The notes: generated by a model not told the origin, from the letters alone. Positions 10,051-20,268 are shown, numbered from the stretch's first letter. The stretch is 57,420 nt of DNA from an uncultured virus (IMG/VR IMGVR_UViG_3300020048_000049) (IMGVR_UViG_3300020048_000049); one strand, 5' to 3'. Numbers and translations are program-made.

Positions 10051-10311
10051 ATGAGCTTAAAAATAGATAAACCCGAAGATTTAGAAGAAATTGCCAAGTA
10101 TATGACAGAGGCGGTTAAGAAAACACCTAGTAAAAAACATGACCGTTTTTGGGATTTAAAGGACTTGATTTGTTACTTTGAAAATGATAATGGGTTTGAT
10201 TATAAAGTCCGAGTAAAGATTTGGGAAGAAATGAATGGGTATGAAATGAAAAAATCTTATGACAATATTTTGAAAATGTTAAAAGAAATAGTTGATGCAA
10301 ATAAAAAATAA
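10051..10311 (+). CDS. Hypothetical protein
   Basis: ORF between elements. Confidence 0.75.
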   Translation: MSLKIDKPEDLEEIAKYMTEAVKKTPSKKHDRFWDLKDLICYFENDNGFDYKVRVKIWEEMNGYEMKKSYDNILKMLKEIVDANKK

Positions 10312-10361
10312 AATTCTTTTTTTATTTTAATCTGACCTATAATAATATAAACAAAAACATT

Positions 10362-10553
10362 ATGAATTACGAAACTCTACATACTAGCTTTATTCAAAAG
10401 ATGTCTGAAAAAGGATTATCAGAAAGAACTATACGGGCATTTGATTCTTGCGATAACTTAGAAGAATTGGTATATGAGGTATCATTAAGAATATCCTCTA
10501 CTGAAGGAGACGAAAATAAAGCAGCAAGATATATTATACAGAATTTATTTTAA
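10362..10553 (+). CDS. Hypothetical protein
   Basis: ORF after element. Confidence 0.7.
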   Translation: MNYETLHTSFIQKMSEKGLSERTIRAFDSCDNLEELVYEVSLRISSTEGDENKAARYIIQNLF

Positions 10554-10559
10554 AGATAT

Positions 10560-10755
10560 AAAGATTTTTTAGTTTGGTTTGTAAAGTGTTGGGGTGGTAG
10601 CCAACAAAAAGATAGAGACGGGATTTATTTCTCGTCTCTTTTCTTTTTTTTAAATTCTATGACCTATAAAGATATAAGCAGACAGTTTGCCACTAGGAGC
10701 TTACCCCCAATTTTGGGCAGGGTTAATCCGCTCCTGCCTTATACTTTCGTTTGGC
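10560..10755 (+). repeat. ~195 bp near-identical duplication with 11471-11664 (two hairpins, class I element, small-RNA unit)
   Basis: AAAGATTTTTTAGTTTGGTTTGTAAAGTGTTGGGGTGGTAGCCAAC...CTCGTCTC is identical in both; diverged copy at ~3586-3778. Confidence 0.9.
10674..10743 (+). ncRNA. Repeated small-RNA-like unit, copy 6
   Basis: Full consensus copy. Confidence 0.6.
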
Positions 10756-10833
10756 TAATTTCTTTTTAGATTTAAAATTCTTTTTTTTCTTTTTGCTGAC
10801 CTATAATAATATAACCAACCAAAACTAAACGAT

Positions 10834-11175
10834 ATGAAAATTGGAGAAACAATAAACGTAGAAGAATTTAAAAAAGGTCGTATTTTTGATACAAAAGAAA
10901 TGATTGATTTTCTTATGTCACATAGACAAAGATTTTGGTGTTGGGGCTCAACAGCTTGGAGAATTATTACTAACAATAAAGAGCAGATAGCTTTAAGATT
11001 CGAGGTAAGTGGTTTATTGTTTCAAGGGCATGTTTACATACGTTGTAATTATATGGATAACATAGATGTTTATTTTGTAAATACAACAGGTACTATTGTA
11101 AACACATTAGAGGATATTGGTATAGAAAACTTATTTGATTGTATGGACGAAATTATAGAAATAAAAAGACGTTAA
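10834..11175 (+). CDS. Hypothetical protein
   Basis: ORF between elements. Confidence 0.8.
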   Translation: MKIGETINVEEFKKGRIFDTKEMIDFLMSHRQRFWCWGSTAWRIITNNKEQIALRFEVSGLLFQGHVYIRCNYMDNIDVYFVNTTGTIVNTLEDIGIENLFDCMDEIIEIKRR

Positions 11176-11235
11176 TATTTTCTTTTTTTTAAATAACTTG
11201 ACCTATAATAATATAACCAAATAACACTATATAAT

Positions 11236-11472
11236 ATGCCACTAATTAAACTAACATCAAAAAGATTTAAAGAATACGGCAAGAACGAGTTTAATATTAA
11301 CCCTATATTATTAGGCACTGAGCAAATAATAAAAGTAGAAAGAACTACTTTATCAAGTGGCTCATTTAAACTTGAATGCACTCAAATAGCAAGTGTTGGC
11401 GCTATGGTAACAACAAATTATGTTACTGAGACAATTGAAGAAATTGAAAAAATTATAAAGAAAGCAAAATAA
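11236..11472 (+). CDS. Hypothetical protein, weak FlbD-like pattern
   Basis: LIKLT...IIKVE...YVTETIEEI. Confidence 0.6.
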   Translation: MPLIKLTSKRFKEYGKNEFNINPILLGTEQIIKVERTTLSSGSFKLECTQIASVGAMVTTNYVTETIEEIEKIIKKAK

Positions 11473-11584
11473 AGATTTTTTAGTTTGGTTTGTAAAGTGT
11501 TGGGGTGGTAGCCAACAAAAAGATAGAGACGGGATTTATTTCTCGTCTCTTTTCTTTTTTTTATTTTCTCTGACCTATAAAGAT

Positions 11585-11652
11585 ATAAGCAGACAGTTTG
11601 CCACTGGAGCTTACCCCACAAAGTGGCAGGGTTAATCCGCTCCTGCCTTATA
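11585..11652 (+). ncRNA. Repeated small-RNA-like unit, copy 7 (CCAC/GTGG variant)
   Basis: Identical to copy 10 at 31965. Confidence 0.6.
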
Positions 11653-11738
11653 TTTTCGTTTGGTTAGTTCTTTTTAGATTTAAGGTTCTTTTTTTTCTTT
11701 TTATTGACCTATAATAATATAACCAAACAACCAAAGAT

Positions 11739-12128
11739 ATGAAAATCAACTTAATCGAAGTACCCACTCCAATGTTTAGTGAAATGCAATTATTTGCTAA
11801 CCCTGATTTAGAGCTTTTAAAAGAGAAAAAAACTATCCGTGTATCTGTACGCCAAAAAACTAAAACACGCATCTCAACGTCTATGACTTTAGGCAAGGCT
11901 TGTGTTAGAATTAACTTTCCAATGGAAGGATTTAAAACTCACAGTGAAAGTAGTTTAAATTATGGCACTTGCGAGAACGAGTCAAGTGATTATTTTGTAA
12001 AGTCCGCTAAACAAGATTTAAACGTGTATAAAGAGTATTTAAAGAAAGTTATTGAGCATATTGTAAAGGATATTTTTAAAGTTGAATTAGATGAAATTAC
12101 AATAGAATTAGAAGCTAAAAACTTCTAA
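11739..12128 (+). CDS. Hypothetical protein
   Basis: ORF between elements. Confidence 0.8.
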   Translation: MKINLIEVPTPMFSEMQLFANPDLELLKEKKTIRVSVRQKTKTRISTSMTLGKACVRINFPMEGFKTHSESSLNYGTCENESSDYFVKSAKQDLNVYKEYLKKVIEHIVKDIFKVELDEITIELEAKNF

Positions 12129-12161
12129 TTCTTTTTTTCTTTTTTAATGACCTATAAAGGT

Positions 12162-12231
12162 ATAAGACAGACAGTTTGCCACTGGAGTCTATCACCGAAA
12201 AGGGTTAGGATTAATCCGCTCCTGCCTTATA
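12162..12231 (+). ncRNA. Repeated small-RNA-like unit, copy 8 (diverged core)
   Basis: CAGACAGTTTGCCACTGGAG...TAATCCGCTCCTGCCTTATA. Confidence 0.55.
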
Positions 12232-12326
12232 TTTTCGTATTGATAAAATTTGTTTTTAGATTTAAAGCAATTCTTTTTTTTCTTTTCTTTGACCTATAAT
12301 AGTATAACCAACTAAACAAACGTATT

Positions 12327-12959
12327 ATGAAACAAGATGCAGTTAAGGAAATTAGAATTGAGAATAAAATTTTAAGAATTTTCCAGGATACATATGGCGA
12401 TGACCCTCGTACTTGGGATAACCTTGCAAAGATGATTTTTGTTGGCAAACATAAAGGCTTGGGTGACAAACATGACTTTGTTTTTGAAGGATTTTATAAT
12501 GGACGTCAAGATTTTATTGAAAAAGGGGAAATTGAATTGAGAAAACATTTTAAGGATGTTGCAGTTATTAAAGCCGTACATTTATACGAGCATAGCGGTA
12601 GTTCAATTTCAACAAAATTTGAATATCCATATGATTGTCATTGGGATTCAGGCACTATTGGCTTTGCAGTTATTACAAAGACTGATATTAAAGAAAATTT
12701 TAGTGTTAAACGTGTAACAAAGGCTTTATTAGAACAAGCTGAACGTATTTTGGAGGGGGAAATTGAAACGCTCGACCAATATATTACAGGGGACGTTTAT
12801 CGCTTTGAAGTTGTAAAAGTTTCTAAATGCGAACACGACCATGAGCATGAAGAGCATGAGGATAGCTGTGGAGGCTTTTACGGCAGTGATTTTGCCAACA
12901 ACGGTATAACTGACCATATTTCAGATGAACGTCTTAGAGAAGCTTTAAAAGCAGCTTAA
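12327..12959 (+). CDS. Hypothetical phage/plasmid protein
   Basis: LYEHSG, WDSGTIGF, YITGDVY and DSCGGFYG motifs. Confidence 0.85.
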   Translation: MKQDAVKEIRIENKILRIFQDTYGDDPRTWDNLAKMIFVGKHKGLGDKHDFVFEGFYNGRQDFIEKGEIELRKHFKDVAVIKAVHLYEHSGSSISTKFEYPYDCHWDSGTIGFAVITKTDIKENFSVKRVTKALLEQAERILEGEIETLDQYITGDVYRFEVVKVSKCEHDHEHEEHEDSCGGFYGSDFANNGITDHISDERLREALKAA

Positions 12960-13021
12960 AACGAAAGGGGGATTTAACAAGTCTCCCTTTCTTTTTTTTC
13001 TTTTCTTTGACCTATAATACT

Positions 13022-13091
13022 ATAAGCAGACAGTTTGCCACTAGGAGCTTACCCCCAATTTTGGGCAGGGTTAATCCGCTCCTACCTTATA
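13022..13091 (+). ncRNA. Repeated small-RNA-like unit, copy 9
   Basis: Full consensus copy. Confidence 0.6.
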
Positions 13092-13184
13092 TTTTTTTTT
13101 GTTAAAATTTGTTTTTAAATTAAAACAAATTCTTTTTTTTCTTTTTGCTGACCTATAAAGATATAACCACATAAACCAAACGAT

Positions 13185-13775
13185 ATGAAAACTAAAAGAG
13201 AAAAATTCGAAAAAGCAGTAGTAATTTCTACTAAACAATTAATTGATATTTTTGTGAATGAGGATAAACAATCTACGTTTAAAGGTTGTCAATTCGCTCA
13301 CATAGTATATTTCACTGACGAAAGTGGTTCTCGTACTGTAAACAAGCAAAAGGCTTTGCAAAAGTTGGTACGTACTTGTATTACAGTTGGCTCGTCTTAT
13401 CAAGATAGAATCAATAGAGATTTAGAAAAACGTGGGGAAGAGGGGAATTTTACTTCTCAATCTCAAAGTGGGCAAACTCCAATCAACAAGTATGTATCTC
13501 AATCTGACAAAAGTCAAAAGTACAATTTGAAAGCAGTGGTTGAATATTTCAACACTCCTGACACTATCTATTATGAAAATAATAAAGTAAGACACTTCAA
13601 AGATAATTTGGATAAAATTAATTCTGACTTGTTTATGCCGTCTTATTTCACTCCTTCTACTACAAGTGGACGAGGGAATATGAGTGAGGAAAAAGACTTT
13701 AGCTTTTTCACTGTGGGCTTTGATAAGATTTATTCTTTAAGAATCAAAGGAATTTTATATAAGGTAGAAAAATAA
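13185..13775 (+). CDS. Hypothetical protein, paralog of 1644-2207
   Basis: Shared sequence blocks. Confidence 0.85.
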   Translation: MKTKREKFEKAVVISTKQLIDIFVNEDKQSTFKGCQFAHIVYFTDESGSRTVNKQKALQKLVRTCITVGSSYQDRINRDLEKRGEEGNFTSQSQSGQTPINKYVSQSDKSQKYNLKAVVEYFNTPDTIYYENNKVRHFKDNLDKINSDLFMPSYFTPSTTSGRGNMSEEKDFSFFTVGFDKIYSLRIKGILYKVEK

Positions 13776-13833
13776 TAAGATAGGGAGTTAAACTCTCCCT
13801 TTCTTTTTTTTTAAAACTTTGACCTATAATGAT

Positions 13834-14157
13834 ATGAGAACTTCACAAGATGCAAAAAGACTTTCACTAGAGAACATAGATTCTCTGTTTGCTAATCAAA
13901 AAGCTGAGGAGCAAAGAAAAATAGATGAGAAGAAAAAATTCGATGCTCTCCCTATAATAGGATTCTACTTCACTATTATGAGTGATGATAGAGATTTATT
14001 AGAGGAGGAGGATGAAGACCCTTGTCAAAAATATTCTCAACGAGGATGGGGCAAAACGCAAGAACTTGCTAAGGAGGATTCTATTTCAAGATTCAAAGAA
14101 CAATGGGGACATGACTTAGAAATTTATTGGATTAAATGTAATGGAATAATTGATTAA
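13834..14157 (+). CDS. Hypothetical protein (leaderless)
   Basis: ATG 5 nt after GACCTATA. Confidence 0.75.
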   Translation: MRTSQDAKRLSLENIDSLFANQKAEEQRKIDEKKKFDALPIIGFYFTIMSDDRDLLEEEDEDPCQKYSQRGWGKTQELAKEDSISRFKEQWGHDLEIYWIKCNGIID

Positions 14158-14208
14158 CTCTCCCTTTCTTTTTTTAAATTAAACTGACCTATAATAAAAA
14201 AACCTACT

Positions 14209-14688
14209 ATGAATTATAAAGCATTAGTTAAACAAACTGAAAAACAAATTACAGCCCAAAATAATATAGCTAAGGCTGTGGCTAAGGAGCAGTCTGAAAT
14301 TCTTCTTGACTTCGCTAAAGATATTTTTGAGTATCTATTGTTCATAAATGATTCAAAAGATTTTAGATTTAGTGCAGAGGCACATTATTATAAAGGAAAT
14401 AAAACAAATCCGTTAATAGAGGAACGTGCTAAAATTGGCTCTAAAATACCTTATGCAATAGAAAGTGCTCAAAAAGATATTAAAGAAAACAAGTCACCGC
14501 AAATAAGAACCAACGGCATGAGTTATTTCTTTAGTTCTGTTGTAATTAAATTACATATCAACGAAAATTTTATTCCTAGCGTTTCTTATGAAACCGTATA
14601 CTTAGGTAAAGTTGATAAACATAACTTTACTGACAAAGAAGAATTTGTAAAGTCTTTTACTGAGTTTTTAATAAAGCACCGCAAATAA
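14209..14688 (+). CDS. Hypothetical protein
   Basis: ORF between elements. Confidence 0.8.
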   Translation: MNYKALVKQTEKQITAQNNIAKAVAKEQSEILLDFAKDIFEYLLFINDSKDFRFSAEAHYYKGNKTNPLIEERAKIGSKIPYAIESAQKDIKENKSPQIRTNGMSYFFSSVVIKLHINENFIPSVSYETVYLGKVDKHNFTDKEEFVKSFTEFLIKHRK

Positions 14689-14730
14689 CCTCTCCCTTTC
14701 TTTTTTTTAAAAACCTTGACCTATAATAAT

Positions 14731-14997
14731 ATGAAAAAAGCAACTAAAATAAAGAAAGGATTTTATCCTATCTCATACGCTGACATCAAAAGAATGATTG
14801 GCTATTGTGAGGGTTGGGGATATGGCAACAAAGATACTTGTAAGTATGTTGCTGAGAACACTATCGAGCAGATAGAATTAGAATACCCTGAATTGCCAAT
14901 CAAAAAAGACTTGCATAGCGACTTGATTAGCATTGCCCACGACATAAATAACGGGGCAAATGTTAAGGGTAAAGAATTGCTATTGCCAATAAATTAA
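14731..14997 (+). CDS. Hypothetical protein (leaderless)
   Basis: ATG 5 nt after GACCTATA. Confidence 0.75.
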   Translation: MKKATKIKKGFYPISYADIKRMIGYCEGWGYGNKDTCKYVAENTIEQIELEYPELPIKKDLHSDLISIAHDINNGANVKGKELLLPIN

Positions 14998-15038
14998 CTC
15001 TCCCTTTCTTTTTTTAAAAAACCTTGACCTATAATAAT

Positions 15039-15566
15039 ATGAAAGATTTAAAATTGAACCAGAAAATATTATCAAGTACAACTTCTTCAGAGCATGGAGA
15101 TATTGTAAAGGCTCGTTTAACAACTCTTGTAGATGCTATTGAGAAGAATGGCAAACTTAAAATTGTTCTTGGAGAAGGGCATTGGGGTGCTTGTCCTGAT
15201 AGAGAACGTGATGAAATAATTGCGAATAAAAAAGACATTAAATCATATTTTAAAAAAGAATCTGATTGGATGTTAAAAGCAGGATTAGAAAAACGAAATG
15301 TAGATTATGTAAATTTAGTCAAAGAGCGTAAAGGTGTTTTTCTTGTTGAGTTTTGGGAGGGTAATGGGTATCTGACTGTAAAGTTTTTAGATTACATGGG
15401 GAAAGTTAATTCTCTTAAAGATGGTGAATTTAATACTTATGGAAATAGAGATAAGTACAGTGTATCTCTTAAAGTGAAAGTAGGAGAAACTCACCCTAAA
15501 ATTTTCAGAAGTTTAGAAGATGCTTACAAACAATTTGAAAAGTTGGCAATTGGAGCATTAAAATAA
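15039..15566 (+). CDS. Hypothetical protein (leaderless)
   Basis: ATG 5 nt after GACCTATA. Confidence 0.8.
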   Translation: MKDLKLNQKILSSTTSSEHGDIVKARLTTLVDAIEKNGKLKIVLGEGHWGACPDRERDEIIANKKDIKSYFKKESDWMLKAGLEKRNVDYVNLVKERKGVFLVEFWEGNGYLTVKFLDYMGKVNSLKDGEFNTYGNRDKYSVSLKVKVGETHPKIFRSLEDAYKQFEKLAIGALK

Positions 15567-15619
15567 CTCTCCCTTTCTTTTTTAAAAAAACCTTGACCTA
15601 TAATATAAAACCAAACGAC

Positions 15620-16078
15620 ATGAAAATTTTAGAAAACATAACACAAGAAAAAACGGTATTAAATTTTGGGTTGCCTTGCTCACCATCAAGGAAAGTGGGA
15701 GAAGAAAAACATCATGCAAAAAAAGTTCTTTTAACTTATGGTGGAGGAATGGGAGGAGCTCATAAAGATATCTTTATAAAAGATAAGGAGATAAAATATA
15801 ACACTCATGGTATTGCAAAAGTAACTAACATCTTTACCAATGAGGTTATAGAGATAAATGCTAAGTATGTGGTTAGTGCAAATGATATAGATTTGTTATT
15901 TATTAAATTTGATACGACTGCACACTCTAATTATCACACACAAAAATATAAATACACGGAAACTATTCAAGTGTTTGCAATACCAAAAGGTGCGATTACA
16001 AAATTTGTAAGCGACTATCATGCACCTAAAAGCAAAGTTGAATGTGTAAATACTTTTAACAATGATATTAAGCTATAA
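15620..16078 (+). CDS. Hypothetical protein
   Basis: ORF between elements. Confidence 0.8.
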   Translation: MKILENITQEKTVLNFGLPCSPSRKVGEEKHHAKKVLLTYGGGMGGAHKDIFIKDKEIKYNTHGIAKVTNIFTNEVIEINAKYVVSANDIDLLFIKFDTTAHSNYHTQKYKYTETIQVFAIPKGAITKFVSDYHAPKSKVECVNTFNNDIKL

Positions 16079-16111
16079 ATCTTTTTTAAAAAAACCTTGA
16101 CCTATAATAAT

Positions 16112-16426
16112 ATGAAAAAACAAACATACATAATCAGCATTACAATAGGTTGTTTTGGAAACCTAAAGAATTTCTACAAAACTTTTGCTAAGGGCAATAG
16201 AGAAGTTATCCTGGAGAATATTGAATATGAAGGAGAACCTGACCAACACAATACGGGAATTCTGAAGGAGAAATTCACTTGCACTATAAATAAAGGGCAA
16301 AGCGAACATAAAGCTTTACAAAGTAGGGTTGAAAACTTTCTTGACAAAAGTAATTTGCATGGGGAATTTTTTTCCATAAGAAAAGAGGGTAGCAAAAAAG
16401 TACTATTCACTGAAGATGATTTTTAA
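16112..16426 (+). CDS. Hypothetical protein (leaderless)
   Basis: ATG 5 nt after GACCTATA. Confidence 0.75.
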   Translation: MKKQTYIISITIGCFGNLKNFYKTFAKGNREVILENIEYEGEPDQHNTGILKEKFTCTINKGQSEHKALQSRVENFLDKSNLHGEFFSIRKEGSKKVLFTEDDF

Positions 16427-16511
16427 ATTAAAAAGAAAAGGGGGACGTTAAACTCTCCCTTTCTTTTTTTTAAATAACTTGACCTATAAAGATATAACCA
16501 AAAAAAACATT

Positions 16512-17033
16512 ATGAAAATAGTAAACGGAAACGGCAAAATTGTAGAAGGGCAATATATAGCTAATCGTCAAGACCAGCTCGAAACTATGGCTTTAATTAA
16601 AGTTATGGAACAGCGAGTTAAGTCTATCATTGCTAAAAAGATTGGCAAAATGGACAAGTTAAAACCGACACGTTATTGGGCTTTGTTACAAGATGCAACC
16701 GCCTATTTGTTCACTCCTAAAATTTCAGTGAATGGACCAAATTTTCTTACTTATAAACAGGCTGCCGTTTTTGTATCAACAGGACATAACTCAAGTGGTT
16801 ATTCTAATGAAGTTGCAAAAAGATTCTTTACTATTTCTTTTGAGTTAACGGGAAATAGACGTTATAAACACCAAAAGAATTGGACAGAAGGTGCAACCGT
16901 ACTTAAAAAATATATCCTTGCAGATAGCATGGAGGATGCCATTAAGGAATTTGAAAATTGGATTCAAAATGATTATGACAAATTCTTTGCAATTCGCTTG
17001 CTACAAAACAAGACTTGGCAAGAATGTAGATAA
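16512..17033 (+). CDS. Hypothetical protein
   Basis: ORF between elements. Confidence 0.8.
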   Translation: MKIVNGNGKIVEGQYIANRQDQLETMALIKVMEQRVKSIIAKKIGKMDKLKPTRYWALLQDATAYLFTPKISVNGPNFLTYKQAAVFVSTGHNSSGYSNEVAKRFFTISFELTGNRRYKHQKNWTEGATVLKKYILADSMEDAIKEFENWIQNDYDKFFAIRLLQNKTWQECR

Positions 17034-17067
17034 ATTCTTTTTTTAAATTAAACTGACCTATAAGTCT

Positions 17068-17397
17068 ATGAAAGATAAGCTGATAATATTGAAAAACTAT
17101 TTAATTTGCGCCTTATGGACAGAGGAATTAGATAGTAGAGAGATTGAAGAAATTCATCCTAAAAGTTTAGAGCAAGCAAAAAAAGATGTTGATTCTTTCG
17201 TAAAAAAAGCTGGCAGTTTATTGGATGATATGAGTGAGGAGCAAATAGGACATGATTTTTGGCTAACTCGCAATGGACATGGTGCAGGATTTTGGGATAG
17301 AGGACTTGGAGAAATTGGAGATAAACTAACCAATATTGCACATGAGTTTAAAGGGATTGATGTAACAACTGATGAAACCACAATCTATATAGAATAA
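17068..17397 (+). CDS. Hypothetical phage protein (leaderless)
   Basis: GHDFWLTRNGHGAGFWDR motif. Confidence 0.85.
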   Translation: MKDKLIILKNYLICALWTEELDSREIEEIHPKSLEQAKKDVDSFVKKAGSLLDDMSEEQIGHDFWLTRNGHGAGFWDRGLGEIGDKLTNIAHEFKGIDVTTDETTIYIE

Positions 17398-17431
17398 ATT
17401 CTTTTTTTATAAATCTTTGACCTATAAGTCT

Positions 17432-17794
17432 ATGAAACAAACAGCTACAACAATCACAATGCCTGAGTACGAAAGTTCTCCAAAGGCAATTCTCCCTACA
17501 ACAAAGCTAATTTGTAATTGGCTTGGTAGATTTTATAGAGGTATTGAAACAGAGGACTTTATTTACTTCTGTAATTATCAAGAGGGGGATGAGAATGCAA
17601 ACGTAAAGATGTACAGAAAATCTGACTTTAGTTTGGCTTCTGACAACTACTTTGCTTATAACGATATGGTAAATGTTATTTTAGAAAAAAAATACACATA
17701 CCTTAGCAAATCAATGAAGTTCAATGCAAGAGAGATGCAAAAAGAAAATGATTTAGATGGGAAGAATATGGGCGTTACGTCTATGCCATTTTAA
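17432..17794 (+). CDS. Hypothetical protein (leaderless)
   Basis: ATG 5 nt after GACCTATA. Confidence 0.75.
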   Translation: MKQTATTITMPEYESSPKAILPTTKLICNWLGRFYRGIETEDFIYFCNYQEGDENANVKMYRKSDFSLASDNYFAYNDMVNVILEKKYTYLSKSMKFNAREMQKENDLDGKNMGVTSMPF

Positions 17795-17840
17795 TTCTTT
17801 TTTTTAAATAACCTGACCTATAATAATAAATAAAAACGAT

Positions 17841-18149
17841 ATGAGCAACCACGGACAAAAAGCAAATCTTATAGTTACACGAATTGACAGACGTGAAATT
17901 AATTGTAAAACATTAGTTGACATTTTAAAAGTTGATTTAGACTTTGAAGATACGGCTGAAGATATTTCTAATGAGATTTATTTAGAACATTTAGATGTTG
18001 AAGATGAAGGAGAACGTATTGATTCTATGATTAAAAGCTTATTTGAGGTTCCTAACTTCATCGGACAATCTTCTGCTTATGGAGATTATAAATATGAGAT
18101 AGTTGAAACTGAATTTGAATGGGTTGTTGCTATTTCTTATATTAATTAA
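17841..18149 (+). CDS. Hypothetical acidic protein
   Basis: D/E-rich ORF between elements. Confidence 0.75.
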   Translation: MSNHGQKANLIVTRIDRREINCKTLVDILKVDLDFEDTAEDISNEIYLEHLDVEDEGERIDSMIKSLFEVPNFIGQSSAYGDYKYEIVETEFEWVVAISYIN

Positions 18150-18448
18150 ATTCTTTTTTTAAAAAAACCTGACCTATAAGATTCTAAGACAAACAAACTT
18201 AAAACTTGAAATTATGAAGAAGTAAAACTCTCCCCGTTGTTCAGACGAGACACACTGACACCGCCACGTGATTTTCACATTTAATTTATTCATTATGAAC
18301 CCTGAAAGACCTCCACCTCTCCCCTGACTCCTAGTCGATAAACATTATAAGATAAACGTAAAAAGAAAACCCTCCCAACATAAAAATGGAGGGTTTTCTT
18401 TTTTTTAAATAACCTGACCTATAAGGTTATAACCAAAACAACCAAACC

Positions 18449-18661
18449 ATGAGTAAAACAATTAAAGTTATTGAACATGCCGAGTTCAGTGATGAAAAAA
18501 ACTTGTTCTTTGAACATAAAGGCGATGTAATCTGTTTGCATGATGACAAGAAAGGAGAACTAGGATGGTTCAAAGTCTGGTACGATGCAGAGATGGAAGA
18601 CAGAGAATATATAACCCTGAATGATACGATGGTGTATTTAGATACTCTTGATGAATTATAA
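18449..18661 (+). CDS. Hypothetical protein
   Basis: ORF after element. Confidence 0.7.
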   Translation: MSKTIKVIEHAEFSDEKNLFFEHKGDVICLHDDKKGELGWFKVWYDAEMEDREYITLNDTMVYLDTLDEL

Positions 18662-18729
18662 GATAAAGGGGCTAAAAACCCCTTTAAATTTAAAAGAAAT
18701 TGATTATATTTATAATTAAACAACTTACC

Positions 18730-18933
18730 ATGAAAACAGTGAATCAAGCACTCGATAAAATTTTCTCTTTATATGAAAAGAAAAACTTAACTGACTATCA
18801 GGACGTTCTAATTTTAAAACAAAATTTGGTTGAAATAAAACTAACTTTTGGCGGTAATACACCTCTTGAAAACCCAAAAGAAGTTGAGAGTATTATTAAG
18901 TTTGGCTCCGCAAACCCAAAGGATTGGAAATAA
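18730..18933 (+). CDS. Hypothetical protein
   Basis: ORF ending at the next element. Confidence 0.65.
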   Translation: MKTVNQALDKIFSLYEKKNLTDYQDVLILKQNLVEIKLTFGGNTPLENPKEVESIIKFGSANPKDWK

Positions 18934-18967
18934 ATTCTTTTTTTTAATTTCCTTGACCTATAATATC

Positions 18968-19327
18968 ATGGAACAGAAAATTATAACCGCACATTCAGCA
19001 TCTGATTTAAATGCAAGACTTGCAGACCTTATGAAAGAAGGCTGGAAACCAATCGGCTCGCATCAAGTTGTTGTGTCTCACGAGCAAAACAGATTTTCGG
19101 GGATGCAACATAAGGATACTATTGTTCAACATGAATACTCTTTGAGCGTTCAGAGAGAGCATACACCTTCTGAGGGACAAGCAGAGGTTGTTGAAAACTA
19201 TTTAAAAGATTTAACAAACATATTAGAGACAAAGACAGATGACCTTGCAGATATTTTAAATTTGCGCACTGCTACAATACAATTCCTTTCTATCTTAAAA
19301 GAAAAAGAAGAACAAATAAAATCATAA
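18968..19327 (+). CDS. DUF1737-like protein (leaderless)
   Basis: KIITA...LNARLADLMKEGWKPIGS pattern. Confidence 0.65.
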   Translation: MEQKIITAHSASDLNARLADLMKEGWKPIGSHQVVVSHEQNRFSGMQHKDTIVQHEYSLSVQREHTPSEGQAEVVENYLKDLTNILETKTDDLADILNLRTATIQFLSILKEKEEQIKS

Positions 19328-19382
19328 TTCTTTTTTTCTTTTTGTTTGACCTATATAGATATAACCAAAAAAAATAAACCAA

Positions 19383-19637
19383 ATGGGAAAAGTAGCAACA
19401 GCTGAAACAGCAGAGAGAGCTTATGATTTAGGAGCTTATGTATTATGTCGCAAACCTGAAAAAACAGCAGCAGCGGCTTTGAAAAAACACCACAAGGAAT
19501 TAGAAAAAGTTATTGGAGATAAATATGCTCCTGCAGTTCCTTTAATTGTCGATGCTTTCTATAACATGGACAATTACGCTCCTGATGGCGTGCCATTAGA
19601 TGAGTTGTACAGAATGATTGAAAATGATGCAAGTTAA
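19383..19637 (+). CDS. Hypothetical protein
   Basis: ORF between element and terminator. Confidence 0.75.
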   Translation: MGKVATAETAERAYDLGAYVLCRKPEKTAAAALKKHHKELEKVIGDKYAPAVPLIVDAFYNMDNYAPDGVPLDELYRMIENDAS

Positions 19638-19754
19638 ATGATTGGGAGCTAAAGTCTCCCTTTCTTTTTTTTAAATTCCTTGACCTATAATATCATGTTC
19701 GCAGAACAGAGTTCGGCAAAGAGCTGAACGCTCAACCCACAAAACCCCCAGACA

Positions 19755-20099
19755 ATGAAAAAGTTATCATTCGTATTTAATGGAGAAGAAATTCACAACA
19801 CACAAGCTAATGAGCTTGACACTGAAACTATTGAAAAGTTTAAATCTGCATTGGCGGCAAGTAAAGGTATTGACTGTACATTAATTGAGGTTATATTTGA
19901 AGAGGGACGTACAGATTTAAGTGACTGTTATGTAAGAGGTATTGACAATTCTTTAATGTGGCATCCAAAGGGAAATACTTATCCTAAATATGTTGAGAGT
20001 CCAATTCCTGCAATGGATATTAGCCATGAAGTATTATTTAATGAATTTTTGGATTTAATTATTAAAGGAGATATTGATAATGCAATAATTTTTTCTTAA
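19755..20099 (+). CDS. Hypothetical protein
   Basis: 114 aa ORF. Confidence 0.75.
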   Translation: MKKLSFVFNGEEIHNTQANELDTETIEKFKSALAASKGIDCTLIEVIFEEGRTDLSDCYVRGIDNSLMWHPKGNTYPKYVESPIPAMDISHEVLFNEFLDLIIKGDIDNAIIFS

Positions 20100-20124
20100 C
20101 TTTGTTTAAGATAAAAACAAATAT

Positions 20125-20198
20125 GGTTCCTTAGCTCATTTGGATAGAGCAACAGCCTTCTAAGCTGTGGGTGATTGGTTCGAATCCAATAGGGACTA
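20125..20198 (+). tRNA. tRNA-Arg(TCT)
   Basis: Acceptor GGTTCCT/AGGGACT; anticodon arm ACAGC-CT-TCT-AA-GCTGT; T arm ATTGG-TTCGAAT-CCAAT. Confidence 0.95.
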
Positions 20199-20268
20199 CG
20201 ATTAAAAAGCCAGGATAAATTCTGGCTTTCTTTTTTTTTTAAATCCTGACCTATAAATAAAAAACAAT

